DNA of 64,000 nt from Macrostomum hystrix (lineage: Eukaryota; Animalia; Platyhelminthes): contig CATNEN010000001.1 of the NCBI GenBank assembly GCA_950097015.1, forward strand, positions 4,526,001 to 4,590,000, in the 5' to 3' direction. Of the stretch, positions 51,301 through 62,035 are shown piece by piece. Every line of letters starts with the position of its first letter. Positions within the stretch are counted from its first letter, which is position 1. The notes beneath the pieces were generated by a model. That model saw only the letters and a program-made list of their open reading frames with translations, made no database searches and was not told the origin of the DNA. Position numbers and translations under genes: made by a program.

Positions 51301-54300
51301 CTGTGCAAGCTATGATTATGCAATAATGATAGCTTCATATTAATCCCGCATGTAACATTCAACTGGACCAGTTTAAGGTTTGACAAGACAGGTAAGCAAA
51401 TGAATAAAGCAAGTCATTTTTTGCGTGAATTGCGAGTAAGCTTAGAAAAAAAAATTTCAGGATTGGCGTAAAACAAACAATTATAATGCCTTACTAGTGC
51501 ATTAATGTCCTTGGTAGTTTGTTCTGGCTTAACAAAAAACAGTAAATATAAATAATCCGAAAATTTTACTATTACCTCAGACACGTCTGCTGCAGCCTTT
51601 ATAAAAACAGAACAAAAGCAGAAATGTCCGATGTGTTTTTCTGCTAAAAAATTGTGCAACGATGACTGCAAACTGACTAATATCGATTAGAAATCTATGA
51701 TACATTAGCATCTCTGGTATCTGGGACAAATCATGGGATAAGAATTTTCTGGGATCAGGAATTTTATCACTTCTGGGATTCTGGGATTTTACTAGATTTT
51801 CTAGGATTTCTCATTACTTCTAGGATTTGGGATTTCTCATTATTTTAAGGATTTGGGATTTCTCAGTCTATATGGGATTTGGGATTTCTCATTATTTCTA
51901 GGATTTTGGATCTCTCAGTATATCTGGGATTTGAGATCTCACAGTTTATATGGGATTTGGGATTTCTCAGTATATATGGGATTTAGGATTTCTTAGTCTA
52001 TATGGCATTTAGGATTTCTCAGTCTATTTGGGATTTGAGATTTCTCAGTACAATTGGCATTTGGGATTTCTCAGTAAAATAGGGATTTGGGATTTCTCAG
52101 TCTATATGGATTTGGGATTTCTCAGTCTATATGGGATTTAGGATTTCTCAGTCTATATGGGATTTAGGATTTCTCAGCATAACTGGGATTTGGGATTTTT
52201 TAGTATACCTGGGATTTAGGATTTTAAAGAGATTTTTATGATCTGGTCTTTACTGTATTTTAGGATCTAGATTCACAGTAATTTTGGGATCTAGGACTTC
52301 GTAATAATTTTGAGATTTTGGGTTTCATATTTGGGACTGTGAATTTTATTATAAACTTTTGGAAACGTTTAATTCTTTGTTTTGTTTTAAAATATACATT
52401 TTTGCACTTTTACTGTCGAGATTTCAAATCACGAAAGTTTTTCTGAAAGAAGGATTCATTTGTCCTAAAAAATTAAACAGTAAAAATTCAAAAATACAAA
52501 GCTTTTCACTCACCTGTTTAGCATTGTCCCTCTCGGCGGATACTTTGCTTAGTTTATCCTCCATCTCTTTCACCTTCTGTTCCATCTGGAAAGGATAAAA
52601 AATAACCACAATAGAATTTCTACCACTGATTAGAAAACAAAAAGCTAAAGTAGATTTATAAATACAAAAAACTGAAACTAACCTCATCCACAATGTTGGT
52701 TAGAGATTTCTCCACGCAGTGATAAGCGAAGTTAAGATCTGTCAGGTCCTGAAAGGTAAAAAAATAAGAATAATAACTTTAGGAGGGCTGTCGGCTCTGG
52801 CACATCTGTGGGTGACAGTAGAAGATGTATCTAGCGAGGAGGCAGTTTTCTCCGTTTCGCTGACTGTGCCTTGGAGATTGGCCCTTAAGGTCATAAATTG
52901 CCTCAGAATGTGGCCTCGCTGCGGAATCGAGCTCAGGGACATTGCTGCGAGGATTAGACGCGCTAGACCGCTCAGCCACTTATCCCCAAAAGAAAGAAAG
53001 GACTTAAAAAAACAAAACATTTTTCACTCACATCATTAGACGAACCGCGATAGCGTCTCAACTCGCTGACAGCCGACGCCAAAGCTGACCTGTACTTTTC
53101 AACATCGGCCTCAGAAGCGCACAGGGCCGATTTCCAACGAGCCTCTTCTTCTTCAACAGAGGCTTCCAGTTTTTTAAGCACACCTTCAGAGAACTCTAAT
53201 GCGGCCTTGTACTTGGCCACCTCGCTGGCTAACTGGTCGGCTCGCTGTTCGGCCACCCGGAGACCGTCGACCAACTCCCAGTTCTTCTGGCGCAGCTCAT
53301 TGTTTTTAGTGCGTTGCTCTTCTAAAGCCGACGAGGATTGGTCTGGCACACTGACAGATGCTGGCTTCTGGGCGGCGGCGGCGGCGGCAGCGGCGACGAC
53401 GGCGGCTGCAGCGTCGGCTTCTCTTTTGAACCGATCGGCTCGCTCCTCGGCCTGCTTCAAAGTGTCAACTAATTTCCAGTTCTTTTCACGCAATTCATTA
53501 TTTTTGGCGCGCAGTTTAATCAATTCTTCGCTGCTGCCATCGACCAATGGCTGCTGCTGCTGCTGCTGTTTCTGCGCCTGCTGTTCCAATAGTTTCACCT
53601 GAGCATCTTTAGTTGCTATCGCGGCCTGCAGCTTTGAAGCCTCGCGGCTAGAAGCGTCCAAGCGTTGAACGGCTTCGGTGAGTTTGGCCTGCAATTCGGT
53701 CATGTCGCGGCGTTCCCTAGCCAGTTCTGATTGGATGGCTTCGACGCGAGCTGCCGACCGTTGCAGATCCGACTGCAGGCTCTGCGTGGTGTGAGCGATT
53801 GAGAAATAGCTTAAGGTCAAAAATTAAAACTTAGGGGAAATATTTAAACTTAAAGAGCATTGTCAAACTGATGGATACCTTTTTAATTGAGGGGATAATA
53901 TCTAATTTGAAGGGGTTATTTTCAACCTGAGGTGATACAGGAAAAGAATATGAAGACAATAACACCTAGATCTCTATTTTTACCTTTCGTTTTAATCTAT
54001 CATACCCACTGGGAGAAATAGGAGAATTGCGATGGGATTTGGGAGCATTTGAAAACGTGAAATAAAGACGCATTGAAGCCTTGTAAAAAACTAATTAACA
54101 ATATTCTCAAAATAATCATCGCAGCAATCAACATAGAGAAGAGGATTTAGGAAGAGTGGAAAATAGTGTTAGGAGAGAACCCTGGGGAGGTAGGCCAGTT
54201 GTTTTACTACTATGCCCCACGAGATATAAATGTACACAGGAGCGGTGTCAGTACGATTGCAAAAAATAAGGGTTGGAGACAGAGGGAGGGGAGAGAGATT

Positions 54301-56833
54301 AGAAATAACTCACCCACACCCACACATACAGACACACATAAGCATTAGCAGTTGGCGCACCCTTAAATGTAATTTTAACACAGGCTTAAAACAGTTGGTG
54401 CAGTTTTATATCGACATCGAAAATATTTCAGTCTAACTGTTACAGTTCACAAAAGTAAGTGTGCATTGTGGAAAAAAATAAGCACAAAAATTGCACACGT
54501 CAGTCTGTTTTCTAGATTAGCTTCTTATTTTTTAATCGCATTTTCACAATGATTCAGTGTTCTTCATTTTCATACTAATTGTAGATATTTTGAACTATTC
54601 GAGTCTAGTAGATACTATATACAAAGAAGGTTTAGTTCAGTAAATATATAATAACGTTTTAGTTTCAAGATAATAACATTCAGGTATAAGGTTAGGGGAA
54701 AGTTAGGGGAAAAAGAGGATAATAATTGCAGTCGGGCAATGGCACATCATTTAGTTACACTAGACCCGCAGCCAGCGAGGAGGCAATTCTGCCCATTTCG
54801 CTGACTCCTGAGCACACACGCGCACAGATACTGTACGCAGGCACACGCTCACACAGGTGTGTACATCTGCCCTGACTTTCTCATCGTCACGCAGTGTACA
54901 CTTCACTGTGCCTTGGAGGTTGGCCCTCAAGGGCGTAAATTGCACGACAAGCCCCCAAGCCTTCTCTTCGCGGCTGCGCTCCAAAAAGTGGCCTCGCCGT
55001 GGATTCGAACTTAGGGACCTTGGTGTGAGAGGCAAACACGTTAGCCGCTCTGCCACCAAAAAATAGGAGGATTAAGGGAATAGGTCAGTTTGGGGAACAA
55101 TTTCTTACTGTGTTTTTCTTCCTCAGCTCGTCAATCTCGCGCGAATCAGCCGCCGCCTCTTCGCCGTCGCGTACAGCGGCGCCTTCGGCGCGTCGACGCG
55201 CCTCGTCGGCGGCGGCTCGCGTATTGGCGGCGCCAAGTTGAGCAGTTTTCAGGGCTTCAGTTAGGCGAGCAATTTCAGCTTCGGCTAGGCGCAATTCGGC
55301 GATCTTCTTGCTGAACTCCTGCTGCATTAGCGTGTTGCCTTGGTGCGAGGCGCGCAGTCGCTGCAGCTCCTGGTTGACTAGGGCAGCTGACTGAGCCTCA
55401 GACTGGGCTGCCACCAGTTTGACGCTGGCTTCGGCAAACTTACGCCTGACAGATTCTAGATCGGCGCGCAGTGTGGCCACTTGAGCCTGCGAGCAGCCGC
55501 CGAGGGCTTCAATCAGAGCATCAATGCGGCAGCCGCTGGTGCGGTTGACGAGCGCCAGAGCCTCCTGAGTTGGCGACGCCGGTCTGTCCGGGTCGGCGAC
55601 TAGCGGCTGGAGCGACTTTTGCTGATGCAAAGCCTGCGGTTTCGACTGCCGCTGATGCTGTTGAGGCTTCTCGATAGCCTGGACCTTCTGCTGCTGCTGA
55701 GGCTTCTCGATAGCCTGGACCTTCTGCTGCTGTTGAGGCTTCTCGATAGCCTGGACCTTCTGCTGCTGTTGAGGCTTCTCGATAGCCTGGACCTTCTGCT
55801 GCTGCTGAGGCTTCTCGATAGCCTGGACCTTCTGCTGCTGCTGAGGCTTCTCGATAGCCTGGACCTTCTGCTGCTGCTGAGGCTTCTCGATAGCCTGGAC
55901 CTTCTGCTGCTGCTGAGGCTTCTCGATAGCCTGGACCTTCTGCTGCTGCTGAGGCTTCTCGATAGCCTGGACCTTCTGCTGCTGCTGAGGCTTCTCGATA
56001 GCCTGGACCTTCTGCTGCTGCTGAGGCTTCTCGATAGCCTGGACCTTCTGCTGCTGCTGAGGCTTCTCGATACCCTGGACCTTCTGCTGCTGAGGTTTTT
56101 CAATAGCCTGACCCTTCTGTTGCTGAGGCTTCTCAAAAGTCTGAATCTTCTGTTGCTGAGGCTTCTCAATAGTCTGAATCTTCTGTTGCTGAGGCTTCTC
56201 GATAGCCTGACCCTTCTGCTGCTGAGGCTTTTCAACAGCCTGACCCTTCTGCAATTGCTGCGGCTTATCATTAGCCTGATTATTATCAGCAACCTTCGCG
56301 TCTTCCTGCGGCTGCTGCTCCTTATCAGGCTGCTGAGCTTTCTGCGCCTTGTAGCTCTTCTTACTAGCCACAGGCGTGAATCCGGCTAAGGACGCGGACT
56401 CATTTTGAACAGGCGCCGATGTTTGCGTTGGTTTACGCTGACGCAACTCAACAGGCTCCAATTTCTTATCAGTTTTAGGCGCGGCTATCTTTTTCACTAG
56501 CGGCTGCTCAACAAAGCCGACAGATTTGACTGGCGCAGCAGCCGGCGGTGCAGCCACCACCTCGGGCGATTCTTCGGTCTTCGATTCGGTAGTTGAAACA
56601 GCAGGAGCAGGGCCCCCAGTCTTCTTCACCGCTTTCTTCTCCTCCTTTTTCTTAGCTTTCTTCTTAGCTTCGCTACTTTTCTTGCCAACGGAATTGCCAA
56701 GCGTGGCGGCTAGCCCAGCGCCGGGCGCCATGACCTCTTTGTGGCCTGGCGCGCGTTTGAACAGCAGATAGACAATGCCGCTAACTACAAACACAAATAG
56801 TAGGCCAAATGCAACCACCTCTAATCCTGTCAT
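45369..56833 (-). CDS. RRBP1: RRBP1 (p180)/kinectin-family ER membrane coiled-coil protein. Predicted exons in transcription order: 56833-55109, 53781-53032, 52585-52514, [51596-51576], 50014-49934, 49685-49425, 47752-47711, 46990-46954, 45400-45369; ~999-1006 aa
   Basis: N-terminal TM anchor, Lys-rich stretch, tandem repeat domain and long coiled coil, containing KNNELREKNW and KYKAALEFSEGVLKKLEASVEEEEARW (match recalled kinectin/RRBP1 motifs KNNDLREKNW and SVEEEE..W). All listed junctions are GT-AG and phase-compatible. The small 3' exons are less certain. Confidence 0.8.
45500..46875. repeat. 30-bp minisatellite (GGAGAGTGACCAGAAGATCGGTGAAGGATT)n, intronic
   Basis: Direct reading. Confidence 0.97.
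48420..49157. repeat. Compound (GACA)n satellite with GAGGAC/GATA/GGCA interruptions, intronic
   Basis: Direct reading. Confidence 0.95.
49425..49685 (-). CDS. RRBP1: RRBP1-like Ala/Pro/Ser-rich exon
   Basis: TTTTAG|CCC ... AGT|GTGAGT; 261 nt; read-through would stop at 49410. Confidence 0.8.
49787..49850 (-). mobile_element. Isolated tRNA-derived SINE head fragment
   Basis: Minus strand GTGGCCGAATAGTAA...GGGCTCGAATCCGCGG (A- and B-box-like). Confidence 0.55.
49934..50014 (-). CDS. RRBP1: RRBP1-like exon MQAKLQGELNSEKQKVQQLEQKVKQQQ
   Basis: TTTTAG| ... CAG|GTAAGA; 81 nt; phase 0. Confidence 0.85.
50485..51125. repeat. 31-bp minisatellite (GAATGGAAGAGTGACCAGAATATCGGATAGA)n, intronic
   Basis: Direct reading. 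Confidence 0.96.
51745..52335. repeat. Degenerate ~26-28-bp minisatellite (GGATTTGGGATTTCTCAGTCTATATG)n
   Basis: Direct reading. Confidence 0.88.
52514..52585 (-). CDS. RRBP1: RRBP1-like exon MEQKVKEMEDKLSKVSAERDNAKQ
   Basis: TTCCAG| ... CAG|GTGAGT; 72 nt; phase 0. Confidence 0.85.
52860..52980 (-). mobile_element. SINE family A, truncated copy
   Basis: CTGTGCCTTGGAGATTGGCCCTTAAGG plus head GTGGCCTCGCTGCGGAATCGAGC...CCGCTCAGCCAC. Confidence 0.75.
53032..53781 (-). CDS. RRBP1: RRBP1-like, coiled-coil exon
   Basis: ACGCAG|AGC ... GAT|GTGAGT; 250 codons; two KNNELRxKNW motifs. Confidence 0.9.
54728..55057 (-). mobile_element. tRNA-derived SINE family A, full length
   Basis: Minus-strand head GGTGGCAGAGCGGCTAA (A-box) ... 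AAGTTCGAATCC (B-box); body matches 1-235. Confidence 0.9.
55109..56833 (-). CDS. RRBP1: RRBP1-like, first coding exon (TM anchor, basic region, EKPQQQQKVQAI repeats, start of coiled coil)
   Basis: 575 codons from the ATG to donor ACA|GTAAGA; upstream acceptor TTTCAG at ~56960. Confidence 0.88.
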
Positions 56834-57177
56834 GCTTTATCTGTTGCGCCTGTCTGTTAACTGCGCTGATAACTATCAGAATTGAAATGACAGTCTCTGA
56901 TTTTGTTTCAAGATGTTTCAGAAACTGATTCTGGTTCTTTTAGTTGACTGTTGGGCTGACTGAAACATAGAAAGGTGGATGCGAATAAAAATAGTAATCA
57001 TGCATGATGCAATAGATAGGGAATTACTTTGACAAAGTGGTATTAATGATATCGGTGATTAAAATCCCTATAAGTAACCTAAACGATCTGTAGGGGAGGT
57101 GCGGTCAAATCCGTAATCTGTATCTGTAAAGGTGGAAGTTATCAAATCCTATGGCTATTCTAGCTATTCATATGAAT

Positions 57178-57449
57178 AATAATAATGAAAATTGATTACA
57201 CCTGCCCCAATCGGGCCAGATGTGCAGCCAACAGCACAGCCGCAGCTATTGCGCGGCGCAACTGAAGACGACGTACGGCTGTTCAGTCCATGGACTGGGG
57301 GTACGCCACACCCACCCATTTAACAGCTGGGTGAACTGAAGCAATGCAGAGTTAAGTGTCTTGCTAAAGTCATTTCCAGTGGAGTCGGGAATCGAACCCA
57401 CGACCTTCATGTCGTGAGTCAGACGCTCTAATTACAAGACTACAACATC
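57178..57449 (-). mobile_element. CORE-type SINE family B, second copy
   Basis: Reverse complement of 26994-27295, with small deletions. Confidence 0.88.
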
Positions 57450-57994
57450 TTTTGCGCCTTTGAATAGCCAAATCTGCTATTTTCTGCGTTACCAGGGGGA
57501 CTGAAATAGCTACTCCGATTCACTAAAATTATACACTGCTTAAATATATTGTAGAAAGTAACAGAAAAGAAACAAGAAGAAATTTAAATTTTATTTTCTA
57601 ATCAAGCAGCTAATATTGCATTGGTTATAAGACTAGCAAAAAGATAGCTTATTATACTAGTTTGAAATGGTATCGCCAGAAAAGATATTACGGAAGCTTC
57701 TGTTAGAGATAAAAAAGTTAATTTTGCATATAAAAATAACACTTCCTACTTGTATTAGGTGACACACCTCAGTGACGCATTTGATTGAGAAATGATAAAA
57801 AATGAGAAAAGGTAATTCGATAAAAAAGGAATTACAGATAAAAATATTTGGAACTAAAACACTATTAAAAAAGCATTTCGACCTGATTATTTTCGACTAT
57901 TTTGAACACTGGGCAGATAAAAAACTATCAAAATAAAAAAAAGTCTTTTTAATGTCTTCTGAAGTGCTTCCAGTTCCAGACGTCGCAGAAATAT

Positions 57995-58570
57995 TATTTT
58001 CTGAGCTATGCAAGCTAGCATTGTGACTAGCTTAGCTGTTTCTGCTGGCGAAACTCGTACCGCATTGTTGGCATTGATAGGGCTTGTTACCAACGTACAA
58101 TTTGTAATGATTGGACAAATTGCCTCAGTGGCGGAAGGTCTTGTCGCACACTTTGCACTCCAACGGTCTCTCGCCTGTGTGCACTCTCCGTTGCGTGACA
58201 AGCTAATCATTGAGGCTGAATTTCTTGCGGCACTCTCGGCATTCGTAAGCCTTCTCGCCAGTGTGGACTAAAGAATGAGTCTTTAAAGAGCCTGACTGAC
58301 GGAATCCTTTGCCGCACACGTTGCACACGAAAGGCTTTTTATCATCTGCGTGAACTAATGAGTGCTGTTTAAGAGCGCCCCTCTGAAAATATCGTTTGCC
58401 GCCACTTGGCATAGAAATGGCTTCACGCCGGTGTGAACTCGAGAATGAGAGTTCAATGACGCTAAATAGACATAGCGCTAGCCGAATATGTTGCAGACAA
58501 AAGGCTTCTCATTAGAATGACTAATAGACTAATGCGCTAATCTTATAGAATCGTTTTTCACAACGAGCAA
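57995..58570 (-). pseudogene. C2H2 zinc-finger pseudogene, 3' half (~6-7 decayed fingers)
   Basis: FVCNVCGKGFRQSGSLKTHSLVHTGEKAYECRECRKKF, HTGERPLECKVCDKTF, KPYQCQQCG, with several in-frame stops and frameshifts. Confidence 0.88.
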
Positions 58571-60356
58571 CGTTGCTCAATGACGGTATAAAAATAGCTC
58601 TACTTGTTCGTGAGGATTGGCTGGGCAGAGGAGAAGGATGGACCATAGACAAAAAAACATTGGCTAAAGCTGACGGAAGGATGGAAGGAAGGAAGGAAGG
58701 CAAGAGTAGAAGCCCCAAGCCTGAACAGTCTGTACCACCAGTGAGCGCCTTAAACTTGCAAATGATAAATTGGGCTAATCTACCGGTTGACGCCTTAAAC
58801 GGTGTCACCGCACCAGAGTTGCGACTCTTGACGCATCTAAGTTCGGCCGATCATAGGGACAACGACGACCTTTCTCGTTTCATAGCCTACCTGGAAGATC
58901 CCGGGCAGAATGACGACGACATTCTGGGCGTCATCCTACCGGAGGTGGGACCCGACGGTGTTCCGAAAGTTGGAGCGGAGAAGGAGATGGACGAAGCGGA
59001 GGTGCAATCGTTGCCAAAGACGACCAGAGAGCAAATGACACAGTATGGTCAGCAGTTTGTTGACTTCATGGCCAGTGTCGGGCATGCGACCGAACGGCTC
59101 AGGAGCATGGAATCATCTGAGATTAACGAATACCTTCGACTATTCTACTTACGTTTGCGCAAGGCTAATGGCGAACTGTATTCTCCGGCAACGTGTGTAT
59201 CCGCGCGGGTATTCAGCGGTACTTCCGACATATCCTTCAACGGAACCTCGATCTGGTGGGCGCACCTGAGTTTGCTAAGTCCAACAGGATGCTGCGGGTG
59301 AAAGTGCGCGATTGGAACAACGCTGGTGGCGCGGTGAAGCACCTTGAGCCTATCGAGGAGGCGGACCTGGCGAAACTCCATAAGTATTTCGATCGCACAA
59401 CCGGGGAGAAGCTGCAAGATGAAGTACTCTTTACACTTCTGTACATCCTTGGTGAACGCGGCCAAGAACATCTGAAGGCACTACGGAGACGGCAGCTACT
59501 CATCACCAAGGAGGATGCCGATGGTAACGCCTACATGGAGCTTCCGCCGTTGTCCACCAAGAACCAGAGTGCCGATCCTGTCAGGGCGAAGGGATACGTA
59601 CCGAAGCAGGCGCGGATTTATGGCAAACAGCTGGAGCTGCTACAGCTATACGGCGCAACCCTGCCAGCTGAGACGAAGGATGACACCTTCTTTCCCCGGC
59701 CAATGCCCAACAAGGACGGTCAGGTCGTGTATTCGGCGAAGCAGACGCGCGGGATCAACTGGCTGGGCTCCCTGATGCAGCGCCTCAGTCAGGTCTGCAC
59801 ATTGTCTAAGCGGTACACCAATCATTGCATCCGCGTGACGCGGATCGCAGATCTGCGGGACGCCGGATTCACCATCAATGACATCATGAGCATCACGGGC
59901 CAGCAGAGTGAGGCGACCGTGCGACGGTACCTGTCACGCAAGCGAGATCGCACGATGAGGGATCTGGCAACGTCTGTGAGCGACGCACTGGTCCGGCATG
60001 TGGAGGGCGAATCGGAGCCCGCCCCACGGGTGGTGTCAAGTGCGACTAGCAACGTGAGCAACAGAGCCGTCAGCGTTACGGGCCGCAACTACGCTGCGGT
60101 ATTTGGTGACTGCAGTTTCACCAACTGCACTTTCACGATCGGACCGCCCCAGGAGCCCCACTGAGCATCTGCATCTGTATTTTGACAATGGACAGAGGGA
60201 GTGCAGCACATGCTGCTGTCAGTTGCGTTACTGTTTCAATTGCGCTAATTGTTTCAAATCGTTTCAATTCGTTTTTGCCTAAAATAAAGTCAAAAAGGCC
60301 AATCTGTTTGGCGTGGCCTGGCGTGGCCATAGACATCCGTCTACCGTTGAACAATC
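58571..60356 (+). mobile_element. Crypton-type (tyrosine recombinase) DNA transposon inserted antisense into the ZF pseudogene; boundaries accurate to a few bp
   Basis: GC-richer island interrupting the ZF array; YR coding region; TATAAAAA at ~58587 and AATAAA at ~60283; imperfect inverted termini TTGCTCAATGACGGTA / TACCGTTGAACAA; no target-site duplication seen. Confidence 0.8.
58762..60164 (+). pseudogene. Crypton tyrosine recombinase (DUF3504/CryptonA-like), ~465 aa, split by one frameshift at ~59193; start codon uncertain
   Basis: LRLFYLRLRKANGELYSPAT / CIRAGIQRYF (frames joined); GERGQE (Arg), STKNQ (Lys), YTNHCIRVT (HxxR), ITGQQSEATVRRY (Tyr); C-terminal FTNCTFTI tail. Confidence 0.85.
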
Positions 60357-60877
60357 ATGATTATTGGGTCTGAGTGGGGAAGTTGGTCAATGGTTGCACT
60401 CGAGTGTGCCAGCACGTAGGTGCACCTAAGTAGCTTTGTGATAGTTTACATTGCTAACCTGAGCAAATCGTTTGTCGCACATGTCACACTGAAAAGGCTT
60501 CTCGCCTGTGTGGACTCGATGATGAATCAACAGTTGCTTATTATATTTAAAACTCTTGTCGCACAGGTGGCATTGATTATTATTTTACTGCAACTGTACA
60601 GGGCTCACTAAAAGCTTCTGCATTGCTGACTAGCTGTTGCGCTGGTCCAATTGTAGTCTTATCAAATAACTCAGGTTGCTCCACCATTATGTCAGCTTCC
60701 TGTGACTCTTGCCTTGGCTTAGCTGCATCAGATGACTCAGGCTGTCCACCATTCTGCCAGCTTCTAAGCACATCTCCTGTGGCTCTGGCTCCAAATTGTA
60801 AACAAGCTCATATGACTCTACATGACACTAATATAGCTTTCTATGGTGTCTATGGAATCGCCTTGGACACACTGAGG
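60357..60877 (-). pseudogene. C2H2 zinc-finger pseudogene, 5' half
   Basis: QCHLCDKSFKYNKQLLIHHRVHTGEKPFQCDMCDKRFAQVSNVNYH, then stops; acceptor-like TTTTCAG at ~60878. Confidence 0.85.
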
Positions 60878-62035
60878 CTGAAAATGGATAATGTAGTTTA
60901 AAATAACAAATTAAATATGACTTCTTATTATCTTCTTTCTCAATTGGGATTAACTTAATAGCCAAAGCTTAATGAAAACAAATAATAAATATTACTATCT
61001 AGGTAACTGATAAAATAATGCATTAAGTAGAAACAAAAAACTATAGTATATAAAGAAGTGTTTCTAGTTATACAATATTATAGCAAAGAATAAAGATTAG
61101 AAATATTCAATTTTATGATGACAAAGTCATTTCTATAAAAAATAAAAATTCATTTTTGTTATGAGGCATTTTGGTGATAGTTAGAACCAAGGCCAACCAA
61201 TACTATCATATACCAAGATAAGCTTAGAAAAATGAGTCAAGAATCAATAAGAAACAATAAGTATTTTATTGGTGTTTTCTTATATGTAAAATATAATTAT
61301 AAACTGACTAGGGCAAGCTGACTTGGTTTGCTAACAGTTTAATTAATTAATTAATTAATTAAATTAATATGCTTATTATAATTTTAGTCAATAAATGCAT
61401 ATATTAAAATCATTTTTTATCTTACATATGTATCTATATCTAATTATGTCTTTGCTAAACTATTCTAGATATATAATAGTAATCCTAGTGAGTGGTCATT
61501 TGCCAAAAGATCAATAATCAAAATACTTGCTTAATTATAGAACTGATGCAAATGCACAACCAAAATTAACAATACCATTGCAATTTACTAATTATGTTGA
61601 ATACTAGTCTAACCTAGTACTAGCCTAGCCTATGTCTTACTCCTAGCTACTTAAATATTAATAGGCTAATTGATTAATGAAAATAAGTGAAAATAATTCC
61701 TGAGAATATTATTTCACACAAAAGTATCTTTGCACGAACTAGCCAACTGATGTTTGCCCTAGTTTAGCATTAAAATTCTAGCATAGCTACAATTGTAGCT
61801 AGTTACTAATTGTCAAACTTGCAAACAATGTGATCTAGGGCCTATGTATACCATGCTATATAGTCATAGAATATTATTTTATTTTACTTACTTATTGTTT
61901 GAACTTCTGACATTAGAATAGGTTAGAATAATTACTTTTTTCAAGCAAGTCAACAAATATTGACATTCAATTATAATTCAGTGTCTAGTATAGTAAAATA
62001 TAATGAAGTATAATAAAGTATGAAATAAACATATA

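Noticed and set aside
54985-55057. tRNA genes (also at ~27000, ~49800, ~52950, ~57400)
   Set aside because: A/B boxes are present, but stems are broken and most continue into shared SINE bodies, so these are SINE heads.
55600-56389. Alternative-frame and antisense ORFs over the RRBP1 repeat (RSLSSSRRS; LLLLRLLDS)
   Set aside because: Shadows of the 36-nt coding repeat.
59193-59216. Mini-intron (GT..AG) or programmed frameshift repairing the recombinase frame
   Set aside because: The intron would be only 24 nt, would not change the frame, and would delete the conserved IRAGIQR motif; no slippery heptamer is present.
58762-60164. Bacterial or phage integrase contamination / prophage
   Set aside because: The motifs (YSxxT..IRAGIQRY, YTNHCIR, FxNCTF tail) are of the eukaryotic Crypton type, there are no phage genes, and it is embedded in a metazoan ZF sequence.
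57995-60877. Stop-codon reassignment or read-through making the ZF gene intact
   Set aside because: All three stop types occur together with frameshifts and lost Cys/His ligands, and neighbouring genes use standard stops.
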